A stretch of 63,426 bases of DNA, counting the filler, from Hyphochytrium catenoides (lineage: Eukaryota > Protista > Hyphochytriomycota): assembly GCA_900088475.1 (NCBI GenBank). It is 7 parts of 7 records of this genome, joined end to end, with 100 filler letters (N's around TTAATTAATTAA, not from the genome) between each part and the next. Parts side by side here need not be neighbours in the genome. Positions count along the whole stretch, not along the records: positions 1 to 14,196 come from FLMG01002302.1; positions 14,297 to 17,938 come from FLMG01003168.1; positions 18,039 to 25,446 come from FLMG01001866.1; 4 more parts are not named here. One strand, written 5' to 3'. Made by a program: the position numbers and the translations under genes. The notes under the pieces were generated by a model. That model worked only from the letters and a program-made list of their open reading frames with translations. It made no database searches and was not told the DNA's origin. Below, in pieces: positions 11,817-23,078 of this stretch. Position 1 is the stretch's first letter, and each line of letters begins with the position of its first letter.

Positions 11817-12782
11817 CTACGGACTCTCTATCGCTTCCTCCACTGCAAACGGCGCGGGAGAGAGATTCATGTCTCCCACTCGTCTCTCTCCTTCTCTCTC
11901 TTCTCCTGATCCTTCTCCCTCTCTCTCCCCTGCTCTTCCCTCTCCCATTCTTTTCTTCTTAGACCTGTACGCAAAGAGAGAGAAGACAGCCACGGCGCCA
12001 AGAATCAGCGCCGAGCAGAGAACAATGGCGGAGATCGCGCCTGCATTCAGCGGTTGAGAAGAAGAAGAGAGACCTTCTGCATTCTTCTCTTCTTTCTCTC
12101 CCCCTCCGGACGTTGTCTCTCCCTCTCCTTTCTTTTCTCCTCCTCCTGCGATGGCACCAGAGGGAGAGGAGCTAGGCTCTGATTCGTTGATTCCTCTCTC
12201 TCCTTCTGTCTCTCTCCTCCCCGGCAGTTGAGAAGGGAAAGGGCTCTTCACAAGAGGGAGAGACGTCTCTCCTTTTCCCCCTGCACTGCTGTTGCTTTCT
12301 CCTGGTACGCTAGTGCTTGGAGAGAGAGAGGGAGAGACACTTGTTGATGGGCTTTCTTCTTCTCTCTCTTTCTCTCTCTCTCCTGGTACACAGCCTGCAA
12401 CTCCAGTCATCACAGTGGCACAGTGAGAGCCTTCGGGGAGTCTCTCCTGTGTTCCTGGGCAATTTCCTGCAAAGTTCTCTCCTACGCAGACAGGAGAGAG
12501 GGCGCAAAAGCTCTCTCTCCCTTCTACTGAAACAGCTTCGTGTCCTTCTGGGCAAGAGAGAGAAGAGAGAGACCGAAGAGAGAGAGAGACCGGTGATCGA
12601 GAGTAAGAGGCAGTGGCAGAGACAACACCGTCGGGAGGAGAGAAGAGAGAGAGAGCTGTCAGTAAGAAGGCGAGCAGAATGGATGATAGAGAGAAGAGAG
12701 ACTTGTGCCGTGTCTCTCTTCCTGTCCTCAGAGGAAAGCGGCGCTCTTTGTTGGACATCATTCTCTCTCTTTTTCTCTCCAC
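11817..12782 (-). CDS. Type I cell-surface protein with a six-cysteine module and a Ser/Gly/Glu-rich stalk
   Basis: Hydrophobic signal/anchor LFSLSSILLAFLLTALSLF; module CPEGHEAVSVEGRESFCALSPVCVGENFAGNCPGTQERLPEGSHCATVMTGVAGCVP; TM AISAIVLCSALILGAVAVFSLFAY followed by the stop-transfer RSKKKR. Start codon uncertain. Confidence 0.75.
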   Translation of the reverse strand: MERKRERMMSNKERRFPLRTGRETRHKSLFSLSSILLAFLLTALSLFSPPDGVVSATASYSRSPVSLSLRSLSSLSCPEGHEAVSVEGRESFCALSPVCVGENFAGNCPGTQERLPEGSHCATVMTGVAGCVPGEREKEREEESPSTSVSPSLSPSTSVPGESNSSAGGKGETSLPLVKSPFPSQLPGRRETEGERGINESEPSSSPSGAIAGGGEKKGEGETTSGGGEKEEKNAEGLSSSSQPLNAGAISAIVLCSALILGAVAVFSLFAYRSKKKRMGEGRAGEREGEGSGEEREGERRVGDMNLSPAPFAVEEAIESP

Positions 12783-13072
12783 GTTTCTCTCCTAAAGAAG
12801 AGAGAAACCAAGAGAAGGTTCTTTCCTTAGGTCTCTTTCCAGACGCGCTTCGGATTTTCTTGCGCTGGCTTCTGTTCCTGAGTCTTCTCTGAAGCTGGGA
12901 AAGAGAGAGAATGGAGCTCCTCAGGACAAAGAAGAAAAGATGTAGCTGCCTCTCTTTCTGACGCTCTCTCTTTTTCTGTGTTTGTTTCTTCCTCTTTCTC
13001 TTCTCTTCTTCTCACTCTTCCTCTCTGGCTGCCAGTATTTCTTTCTCTCTCTTGCTCTGGACAAAGACAGAC

Positions 13073-13133
<61 letters not shown>

Positions 13134-13299
13134 CACTATCGAACGTCCGTCATGAAGATGTCGGAAATGAAGTGCATCATCTCCTGTCTTACCCCTTGCC
13201 CGATCTCTGGCACATCTCTCTCTCTCGTCTTCTGGCCTCTTCTCTTCTTGATGCCGGCGGAGAGGAGAGACAGAAAAGGTAATGTGGAGCCCATGCAGC

Positions 13300-13334
<35 letters not shown>

Positions 13335-13480
13335 ATCAAAGGAGAGGACACACAGACAGAGAGACGCAGACGCACTGAGGGGAGAGAGACAGAGCGATAT
13401 GGTCAGCTTATAGAAAAGTCGGATAGCCGTGCAGTGTGAGGAAGAGAACAGGTCCCTGATTGAAGATTCAAATGAGGCAG

Positions 13481-13511
<31 letters not shown>

Positions 13512-14196
13512 GAGAGAGAGAGACGGAAGGAGAGAGAGACACAGTGAGAGAGAGAGAGAAGAAAGAGTGGACAGGATCGGTAGCAATGGATATTCGCTGG
13601 CTCTTGTCCACAGCCTTTTATGTAACTCCTCAGGATGCCTCCCTTCTCTCTTCTCTCTTGTCTCTTCGTCTCTCTATTTGTCATCTCACCATCACTCTCT
13701 CGCTCTTTCCTTTCTTTCTCTCTCTCTCTCTCTCTCTCNNNNNNNNNNNNNNNNNNNNNNNNNNNNNNNNNNNNNNNNNNNNNTTTCCTTCCTTTCTCTC
13801 TCTCACTCTTTCTCTCTTTTCTCCTCTCGTTCTCTCTTTCCCCTCCCTCTCCCTTTTCTCTTTCTTTCCCCTCCCTCTCCCTTTTCTCTTCCTCTTCATC
13901 CTCTTTCTCATACAGTACACGGGTCTCTCTCCCTCTACCTTCCTCTCTCTCTCTCTCTCTCGCTCTCTCTCTCTTTCTCGCTTTCTTTCTCTCTCTTGAC
14001 TTACTCCAGGAGAAGTTCTGAGTTGGGCGTTACATTTTTGGGAGTGAGGCGTCGTCGATGTACAACTCTGTTCACTCACTGTCGCGTTGCCGTTAGAGGC
14101 TCTACCAAAGGGTGCAGAGAAAAGAGTCTCAACTAAAGAGTTTCTACGACAGGAGAGAGAGACACGGAGTCAGAGACAAGGGAGAGAGAGAGAGAG

Positions 14197-14296
14197 NNNN
14201 NNNNNNNNNNNNNNNNNNNNNNNNNNNNNNNNNNNNNNNNTTAATTAATTAANNNNNNNNNNNNNNNNNNNNNNNNNNNNNNNNNNNNNNNNNNNN
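14197..14296. other. Artificial scaffold linker (44 N + TTAATTAATTAA + 44 N)
   Basis: Exactly 100 bp, with a six-frame stop spacer at 14241-14252. The same structure recurs six times in the window. Confidence 0.97.
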
Positions 14297-15621
14297 AGCC
14301 TAAGAATGAGAACGTGTATGACGCCACCTCAAGCATCAACATGACGCAGGAGAAGCTAATGCGCCTCTTCTTCCGCCCCAAGATGGAAGCAGACATTGAC
14401 GCTTTATCAGCTCTTGCATCGTCTGCTCGAGAACAAAGAGTAAGAAACGACAGCCCGGCCCGATCTATCCTATCAAGAGCCCTAGCCACAGGTGGCACAC
14501 GGTGTGGATACAATGCACTGTAGATCTGCCCTGCACAGCAGAAGGGTTTGAAGATGTTAGGTAGTTGCAGACAAGCTTACTAAGCAGGCCAACTCCATCT
14601 CGAGGAGGAAGTCGCTGACAGCCGAAAAATCGGCGCCACTCTACCTCAAGGACGTGGTCAAGCATCATGGTATCCGAGAAGTCATCATCTCAACCCGTGA
14701 CAGCAAGACTTTCGTTACGTCTTCCTCTGCGTGGTGCTTGTCTGTGACCTGAGGCCTGGCCAGCGAAGGTAAATGTAAAGCGCCTTTCCTTCTCTCAAAT
14801 CCACGTTCTTCCCCTAACAATTCATTAGCATTAACGGTCGAGGATATTAGTGTCTCTCTCTCTCTCTCTCTTTCTCTCTCTTCCTAGATGATACTAACCC
14901 ATCAATAAGCCCTTCATCATTATCAGCCTTATTCCCAAATAAGAGCAAGAGACCAGTGGATACTCACTGACTGGTTGATCATCTAGGGCTCAGGCGGTGC
15001 TGGCACCTCTCTCTCAAAGTCCCCGGAATCTCTCAATCTATCGAAGGCTCCTGGGCTGTCGGCGCTTCCTTTCAACACTCATAGTGGGGACAAGTTAGCT
15101 TAGCGATGACTGTGGATCTGGGTAGAGGAAGGTGTGGCTTGCCCTAGGGTTGCATCGGAAAGAAGGGAATAGCTCATGCTTCTCCTTCTTCATCAATCCC
15201 TAGTTAGCCAGTTAGTCAGTCACGAGGCTGATGGTCCACAAGCTCTTTGATGTTTATCTTACATATTTGATAAATGAGAAATGAAAGAGGAAGAGCTCAG
15301 GCGATTCCTTAGAACTTCCGACCTCGCTATCGCTAGAGGTGCTCTACAGAGCGGTCGTCATGACAAAGAGAGAGAAAGAGTGACCGACAGAGAAAGGGAG
15401 GAAAGAGAGTATAATAAGAAAACGAAGTAGAGAGAGAGAAGAGGAAAGGAAAGAAAAGCAGAAATGCCGATTCCTGCCAGTTACCGTCTCCTCCTGTCCT
15501 CATCCTTCTGAAGAAGCTTTCCTTTTCCTAATAGACCAATGAGGAGGGAGGTGGGCACATGTTCCATTCTTTTGGCACTATTTGCTCTCCTTCTCTCTCT
15601 CTCTCTCTCTCTCCCTGTGTC

Positions 15622-17280
15622 TCATTTTTCAGGCATCTCTTGGTAAGGGATGCTATGTCGTAGCGGGGCCCTCGAGCCAGGCGTGGATGTGGAAGAGTCA
15701 GATATCCTGAGGTCAGGAGGAATAAGTGCCGCTGAGTAAGAAGAAGTCTCACTAAGCTTTCCCTCTCCTGCTCTCTCTAAGTCCAACGAGTACGTAGAAC
15801 GGAGCTTCAAGTCCGTCCTTTCTGTCTCCTCTCTCTCTTTGTCTCTCTCCTCTTCTTCTGAATCTCCACCTTGAGGAGGAGGAACCTTCCAGAACGCCCA
15901 GAAGCAGAGAAAGAGAACGATCATCTGCAGCACTGTGAAGACTTCATTGTCAAAAGGAGCATGACACTGCTGTTTGGCCTCCATCTCTCGCTTCTCTTTC
16001 TCTTCTCCTCCTACGTCTTCTCCAGGCAGAAGAGAGACAATGCAGAGATTGTACTGCTGCCAGCCAAAGAGAAAGCCGTCATGCAGCATAGAGTACACTC
16101 TTAGCGCTTGGACAATGATGACAGTGCCACAGACAGAAGAGAAGAGGAGAAGGATTTTGGTTATCCGAGGAAGGTTGCTCCAACGCTGGATGAGAGAGAG
16201 AGGGAAAGAGTACCACTTCTTCTTCTCTCTTTCGGAAAGAGCTGTCTTCTTCCTCCGTCCTGGCGCATAGTCTCTCTCTAAGCTTCCATCTCTAGACACA
16301 GAGAGAGCGACAGATGGAGAGACAGAAGGACAGGACGTCGGAGTAGTTGCCCTGCTGGCCTCACTCTCTGCTGTTTCTCCATTACTGCCGCCGAATGATT
16401 CCATGAGACGACGATGAAGGACCACGCCTGCGTAGCTAAAGTAGGCAATGCCAATAGTTCCCAGCACTGAGGAAGCGGAGAGAGAGAGAGAGACAGACCG
16501 ACAGAGAAGAAAGTGAGAACCAGATTGCGAAATGGAAGAGAAACAAGAGAGAACTATATAAAGTAGTATAAAGTGGGAGAGAGAATGAGGAAAGAGAGAT
16601 AAGCGCCAAACGTTTAATAAAGAAAGAGAGGAAAGCGTCTAGTTCTGTTCTCGTTAGCCGCCCCCGGCCTCTCTGTCAACAATGCTTTTTCCTCTCTCTC
16701 TTCCAGCAGCTTCTCTCTTTCTTTTGTCTCCTGCTGACGCCTTGTACCCACACTACTGCCCTCTCTCCCTGTTTCTCATCTCTCTCTCGATCTCTCTCTC
16801 TCTTTCTTCTGTCGCGTTCTCCTCTTTCTTGCACGTACCAACTAGAATGAGAAACTGTGTCCCAACGTCTTTATGCACGTCAATCTTCTGCACTGGCTCT
16901 CTAGAGACTCTGAAGGCCGCGAAGAGAAAGACTCCCCACGTGGAGAGAATGAGAAGAGAGCCAAAGAGCTTGATCCCCAGCGGCATGCGCCAGTGAGCGC
17001 CATATGAGGTCAGAAGGGAGCCCCAGACTACCGCCATCATATAACTGGCAGGAGAGAGAGAGAGTGAGAAAGACACAGAGAGAGAGAGAGAGAGCAACAG
17101 GAGGAAAGAGTGTATGGACGGGAAGAAAGCGGGAGATAGTATGCTCATCATTTTGCAAGGAGGAGACAGACAACAATGGCATGAGAAAGACAGAAGAGGC
17201 AGAGAAAGGTAGATGACTTGTGAAGGAAACTCTAAGGAGGCGGTTTGCCGCGCATACAAAAGATCTAGGAAAGAAGGTTG

Positions 17281-17361
<81 letters not shown>

Positions 17362-17897
17362 CCTCTTTCCGCTTACCAGACGCTATAAACGCAGCAAGAA
17401 GCGGAATTCCCGGCGATCTCGGTCACGACCATGGGCAAGACGTCTTGATAACCATTCGGATCTATGCCTCTGACTAGGAAAGTGAGAAAGGCGAGAGAGA
17501 GAAAGGGAAAACACGCTCTCTGGACGGAAGAGCCGCGGACAAAGAGCGTGGGATAGCGGATAAGGCTCAGAGCGAAGCCTATGACACCGATCAAAAGGTA
17601 CGCCACGCGCCTGTTATTAGAAGAAGAGTGAGATTTGTGGAGAGAGAGAGAGAGAAATGCTAGAAAGAGGGAGAAGAAGAGAGAGACAGACACCGAACGA
17701 GGAGAGAGAAGATGAAGGAAAAGCGAGCCTAACAAAAGAACAGAGAGAGAAAGAAAGGAGAGAAAGAAAGAAAAATGGAGGAGAGGAGAGAGAAGAGACT
17801 GAAGAAATGATAAGGAGGTGTTTTCTGCTCTTCCTCTCACCATCGCGTGTAAGGACCACTGACAATGTCTGCGTAAGTCTCAGTACATCCGGGAGCT
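15622..17897 (-). CDS. Multi-exon 7TM-like membrane protein (GPCR/TOM1-like topology), 5' truncated at the scaffold end
   Basis: Exons splice in frame: ...PGCTETYADIVSGPYTRW|RVAYLLIGVIGFALSLIRY...VRGIDPNGYQDVLP...CCVYSVC|YMMAVVWGSLL...TQFLILV|VLGTIGIAYFSYAGVVLHRRL...LPRITKILLLFSSVCGTVIIVQAL...FTVLQMIVLFLCFWAF. GT-AG introns at about 17045-17375 and 16467-16838. Confidence 0.75.
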
Positions 17898-17938
17898 GCA
17901 GTGCCGTTCAGACCGAAAGGAGAGAGAGAGAGAGAGAG

Positions 17939-18038
17939 NNNNNNNNNNNNNNNNNNNNNNNNNNNNNNNNNNNNNNNNNNNNTTAATTAATTAANNNNNN
18001 NNNNNNNNNNNNNNNNNNNNNNNNNNNNNNNNNNNNNN
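17939..18038. other. Artificial scaffold linker
   Basis: N44-TTAATTAATTAA-N44. Confidence 0.97.
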
Positions 18039-18959
18039 AAATCTCAGTTTGGCCGACTTTTAAATGCCCGGTACTACAAATCTCTATACTACCCTAGTAC
18101 TAATAAACGTACCAGCTCTTAAGGTCTATATAACTGTACTGTTGAACTTCTATATGTTACCCGCTACAGGAAGTGAGTAATCCTGAATCCTGAGGAACAA
18201 GACAACAAGTGCTCACCGTTGTTGACTGCGACCTCGCAGTCCAGAGCCAAAAAGCCCTCCGAGAGTTTCCGTGTGGCCATGGAGATAGAACACATCACTG
18301 TTCCAACACTCTAAGAGGCACAACCTACCACACCTTATTATTACCACTTTGTAGGTTTATTGGCTCCATCGACATGAACCTGAACTGTCAACTCTTGCGA
18401 GTAGGAACGTCGTGCCCCCATCCCAGTGGGTCACTCACTACTAACAGCAATCACAATGGTAAGTCCTAAGTTTCTTACAGTATACCCAAAAAGGATCTTG
18501 TAAAGCGCTAGGAAATAACAAGAACATAAAAATTACGACCTACACTCCTCCTGCAAGGGGAGTAGAGCCTCATGCCCTACTGTACAGATCGGCCCAGCAA
18601 GCAGGTGTTCTCATCTTGTCTCCATATCTAGAAGAATACCTCAGGAACGCCGCTGGCGAGCAGTGTTGATCGCAACATCAAAAATCATCGGCTTCTTGCT
18701 GGTGGGAATGCTGGGGCTTGATATTCAGGAAAGACGGCAAAGACAACCTTCACTTTGCCATTTCCATAATCTTCGGCAACGTTACTGTGGTTGTTTTACT
18801 CATTCCCTTGAAGATAGTATGGTGGAGAACACAGGTGGTGGTGCTGCTTTTGGTGATAAGACGCACGAAGACAGTGGCGGGGAGGAACGACAGGGCCATT
18901 ATACAGCAGCAACAGCGTTGCAGAACAACAACAACACCGCAATCTGGAAGGGAAACCTG

Positions 18960-19727
18960 AACATCTACTGGGTGCTCGGGGAGCCATCCTTGGTCTATGG
19001 TTCACACTCGGACATGGTTCTAAGTATATTGCTGACAATGTAGGCACAGCCACCAGCAGGTTGATGGTGCCACATATAATTTTCGCTTCTCTAGTTCTAT
19101 GGATTTGCATCTGGAACCTCTTCCACACTCCTTCCCATGGACCGGCGTACAGGATGGCCCATCGATGGTTGGGGAGAGTGGCAATGGTTGCCGGTGTCAC
19201 CTCCGCCATTTCTGGCTTTGTACTAGTATGGTACTATAACGTGGGATCGCGTGCCTTTGGCATCGGAATTACAATTGGTGGAGTTCTGCAATTGCTGAGT
19301 CAAGCCATGGGATACTTTTACATCATAAGAGCGAAGAGGAACTTCCCAGAGGCAAATAGGACTGGAAGCAACCAGCGCGTGAAGGACGATGGTGCTTTGC
19401 AAAAGGCCCGAGAAACCGAGGATGTAAATGATGCAGTGAGGGAAGACGGCTTTGCAGTGGGACAATCCATCGTACCTGCTATTTCGGCTTCCCAGGGAGA
19501 CGCTGAGGAGGGAGCATTGCGTGATGAGTGTATTGAAAAGCATGCCACCTTTATGACTCTTTTGTTCTTCGGCGGTTGTCTTATCCCAGCAGTCATGAGT
19601 CATGAGACTACCTCAGATGATTGGTTTACCCAAATGGGACACGTGGAGCACCTTTGCTTGGATATTTCCTCTTGGGTTTGGGCTTTTGCACATTCGTGCT
19701 CGAAGGGCAGGTAACAGATGGTGGTGA
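18960..19727 (+). pseudogene. DUF2306-like multi-pass membrane protein gene with a 7-bp frameshifting duplication; 5' end unclear
   Basis: Motifs PHIIFASLVLWICIWNL, AHRWLGRVAMVAG and KHATFMTLLFFGGCLIPAVM. Removing one copy of agtcatg (19591-19604) restores PAVMRLPQMIGLPKWDTWSTFAWIFPLGFGLLHIRARRAGNRWW-stop at 19727. Confidence 0.6.
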
Positions 19728-20839
19728 TCTGTATAATGGACTGAGTTAAAGCATGATATGTATGGAGTAGATCATAGCAGTAGTACGAAGAAAGAGACCT
19801 CCTCTCGTCAACGATATATCCCTTCGTCACATAAGAAGAAAACGCCATTTGGCTATCAGTTATCCTCTAAGCCAGTTTCTCTGTTTATTACCATCCACCA
19901 AGAGAAAAAACGGCGATACTACAAAGCTCTATCAGAAACATAAAATTGGCGCCACCGGATGAAGCAGCGAAGTAATTTACGTGTTCATTACCAGTATGTA
20001 GCCTAGCCTAGTCTTCAATATTGTACTATAATAAACGAGTGCTTCAGTCAGGTCAGTATCTCCTCCTACTCATCTTCCTCCTCGAAGAACTTTACCTTTC
20101 TAAAAAAGGCCTGCTTGTTCGCTCTTTGAGGCCGACGCAGTTGGCCGGACGCTGGTGGTCTTCTCTTCTATTTATTTCCACCGCTGCTGCTCTGTGTAGT
20201 AGTATGTATCCTAGGAGGATTATCATCATAGATTTTGATTTGTCGTCAACAAGCACCAGCGGCGGCCAGCCAGCAGCACCAGAACTCTCTCTTTGTTGAC
20301 AGACAACAAGACCAGAGAAGAAAAAGAAATGCTTCATCAGTAAAGCAATTATCATAATTGATCTCCTCAGTAATTAGGGAGGGAGAACTACAGTTGTAAT
20401 CTTTTTATTATAGTTTTTCAAAGTAATTACTATCCAAGAAGCAAAGCAGTCTTGGCGACTGTGTGACATTAACGGCAAAATGTCAGATTAAAAAAGCGTT
20501 TGCACATTTCCATCGGAAGTGATAACATAGAATCCCTCATTCCCTAAATTACATTTATCTTTCTAAGAGAAAAAGAGGGCTTCTATAAGGTGGAATCATT
20601 TGAAAAACATGATTTTATGCTCTGTTGGCTGATGTTTTGCAGTCAAAGTGAAAGCAAGTGAGAGACTGACGCCATTTCATTTTTTCAGAGATTCTTACCC
20701 TCCATCTCATCCAAGTCATCATCGCATCCATCGGCCAACAGCAGCATCAATCTGCATTGATTCGCAGCTGCTGTCTTCATATCATCCTGAGCCTGTCTCC
20801 AGTTGCTCAGACACCTAAAGCTCAGCACCGTTTAAAAGG

Positions 20840-22583
20840 ATGAGCTGCTGTGGCAGCCTTGTCGGTGCCCGAAGGCTTGTTGCTGAGCTTGGGAAATGCA
20901 GAAGGCTTTATCACGAGGGAAGAAGAACGCTGACTACCTCCACGGGCACCATTGAAAGCGAAACCCATGCTGGTCAATTTCTTTCTTATGAGAGACTCCA
21001 AGGATCGTCACATACTATTCAGAACAGGAGAGTGGGCTTTGTTCTTCACGGGATCCTAGGTCTGAACTTAACTTGAGTGCCTCATGGCCAGAGGGCTGTC
21101 TTCTCATTGTCTTTGACTGCTCTTCTCGTTCCCTGTGCATTCTAGGCAACAAGAAGAACTTGAGGACCTTCTCCCGCAGGTAGAGTCCTATAGTAATAGG
21201 TACGCTAGAAAAAACACCCTTGAGACGAAACCCTGTCATATAGTCTCGTCTCTGCGCACCCGGATTGGGACCTGATCCTTATTGACCATAGAGGTGAGCC
21301 TCTAAAATGTTAAAAACGCTTTTCGCTGGCTGGGCTCAGTATGCTCTCCCTTCCTTGTTTCGGTCTTAGGCCATGGGGAGTCTCCCGCCATGAATGACCC
21401 CCATACGGTGGAAGCTTGCGCTCACGATGTCAGGTAGTGCTCTATGTCTACTGTCGTGTCCTAATGGCCGTGCTGACCTGCTTTACATGGCTTTAAGATT
21501 GCGTGTCAACTTTCGTGGTTCCATAAAAGTGAAAGTGGCTTTGGTGCCGTCTTCTTTTAAAGATGTGCCTCAGTGGTTGGGCAACACGAATACTATTTCT
21601 CTGCAATCCTATGTCCTTATCCGCTCTCAACATGTACATCACTGTCTCACTTGCATCGTCTTCCACCGTCAGAAACCTTGCTCACAGCCTTGGAGTTGTT
21701 CCAGAGACAGTTATCGGCCACTCATTTGGCGGAAAAGTTGCCCTGTCGTACTTAAAGTTGCAGGCTGGCCTGGAAGGAGCAATACCTAGACGATTTTGGG
21801 TTCTGGACTCCCTCCCTGGTACGTCCGCCTATAAATGGCTGTGCTGGGCTAGTGCCCGTTGCTGACATAGTGCACTAAAGGTACAACAAGCTATTTGACG
21901 GAGCCTCAAGAGCTAGTGTCCAAGATGAAACAGGTGCCTGTCCCGATCGCTTCCAGAGAGGAGCTCGTCCAGCAACTCACTAGCAGTAAGTCGTGGGGGT
22001 CCGTCTCTTCATATCAAACCGCTGGTTGCCGCGTTTCGTCACTCCTTTTGGTGTTAGCGGTTCTCTCTTTTCTTCATGCCTCGCTATATGTTGTTCCTTT
22101 CAAGGGCTCTTTGTCATCCTTTCCGCCTTTAAACTGTGATCTAATCTTCTTGTCCCAAACCATTTGATCCTCGTTAACTGATTTCTTACATCTCCATGTC
22201 ACTCTTCAACTTCGCTTACTGGGACCCAAGTGGGAGTGCGATTGGGCCTTGCACAATGGGCGACAACCAGTGTTCATCTCAATCCCGACGGCAGTGGAAC
22301 ATTTCTTTGGGACCTGAACTTCGAAGTGATAGAGAAGCTCCTGTTAGATTTTGTGCGGCTGGACTTTTGGCCGCTCCTTGACAATCCCCCCAGAGATTGC
22401 AAGATCGACTTCGTGAGGGCAGGAAAGAACAATGCCTGGGATTCAGGGGATACTCTTGATAGATTTGAGGAGTTAGGTTACTATGGCCAGATCACCCTGC
22501 GGACACTAGAGGAAGCTGGACACTGGGTGCACATCGATCAACCTAAACAGCTGCTAAAAATGGTCTCTCCTTCCTTCCGGTAG
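20840..22583 (+). CDS. Alpha/beta-hydrolase, ABHD11-like (multi-exon, probable mitochondrial presequence)
   Basis: FVLHGILG|NKKNLRTF, LIDHR|GHGESP, nucleophile elbow VIGHSFGGKVAL, WVLDSLPG, and catalytic His motif AGHWVHIDQP. The N-terminus is Arg-rich. Confidence 0.88.
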
Positions 22584-23078
22584 CGAGTTCATGCCAAGTG
22601 ATGGTCTATCAAAGCATCATCTGGAGTAGACCTCGTCAGAGACAACACGCACACTCCGGAGGCCTTCCCCCGTACCGTAGCGATGGATCGGGCTGACGAG
22701 CTCTATAACCAGTTGACATCTCAAAAAGAAGCTCAGATTGTACCGTTGGTGACCTGGACTCGGAAGCCAAGTACAAGCACTCGCCATCATGACATCCACC
22801 CCATAAGTTCACTATGCTCATTCTAGCAATTTGTCCACAAATAAGTGGTGCCGTGCTTACTACACGTAAGGGTCATTGGGAAGACCTAACAGCACACAAA
22901 TGGCTCGGGCCTGGAATATAAAGAGCAACGACTATTTGCTGGGAAGGAGGATGACGGTGTTGACCCCCTGCCATGTGGGTTACGGTCTGGTTTTTCAAAT
23001 TAAGAATAGGTATTAGAGTAGATACGACTAGGATTTCTTATCCTCGCCCTATTTTGATACAAGTGATAGTCCACTCGC

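Noticed and set aside
14241-14252. TTAATTAATTAA palindromic motif recurring six times
   Set aside because: It is always embedded in N44 flanks, so it is an artificial six-frame-stop linker, not a biological repeat or piggyBac TTAA site.
18137-18161. tactgttgaacttctatatgttac resembling a pogo-type terminal inverted repeat (weakly similar reverse copy at about 44781-44802)
   Set aside because: Only about 16 of 22 bases match, the copies are on different scaffolds, and there is no partner TIR in cis or near the pogo-derived ORF.
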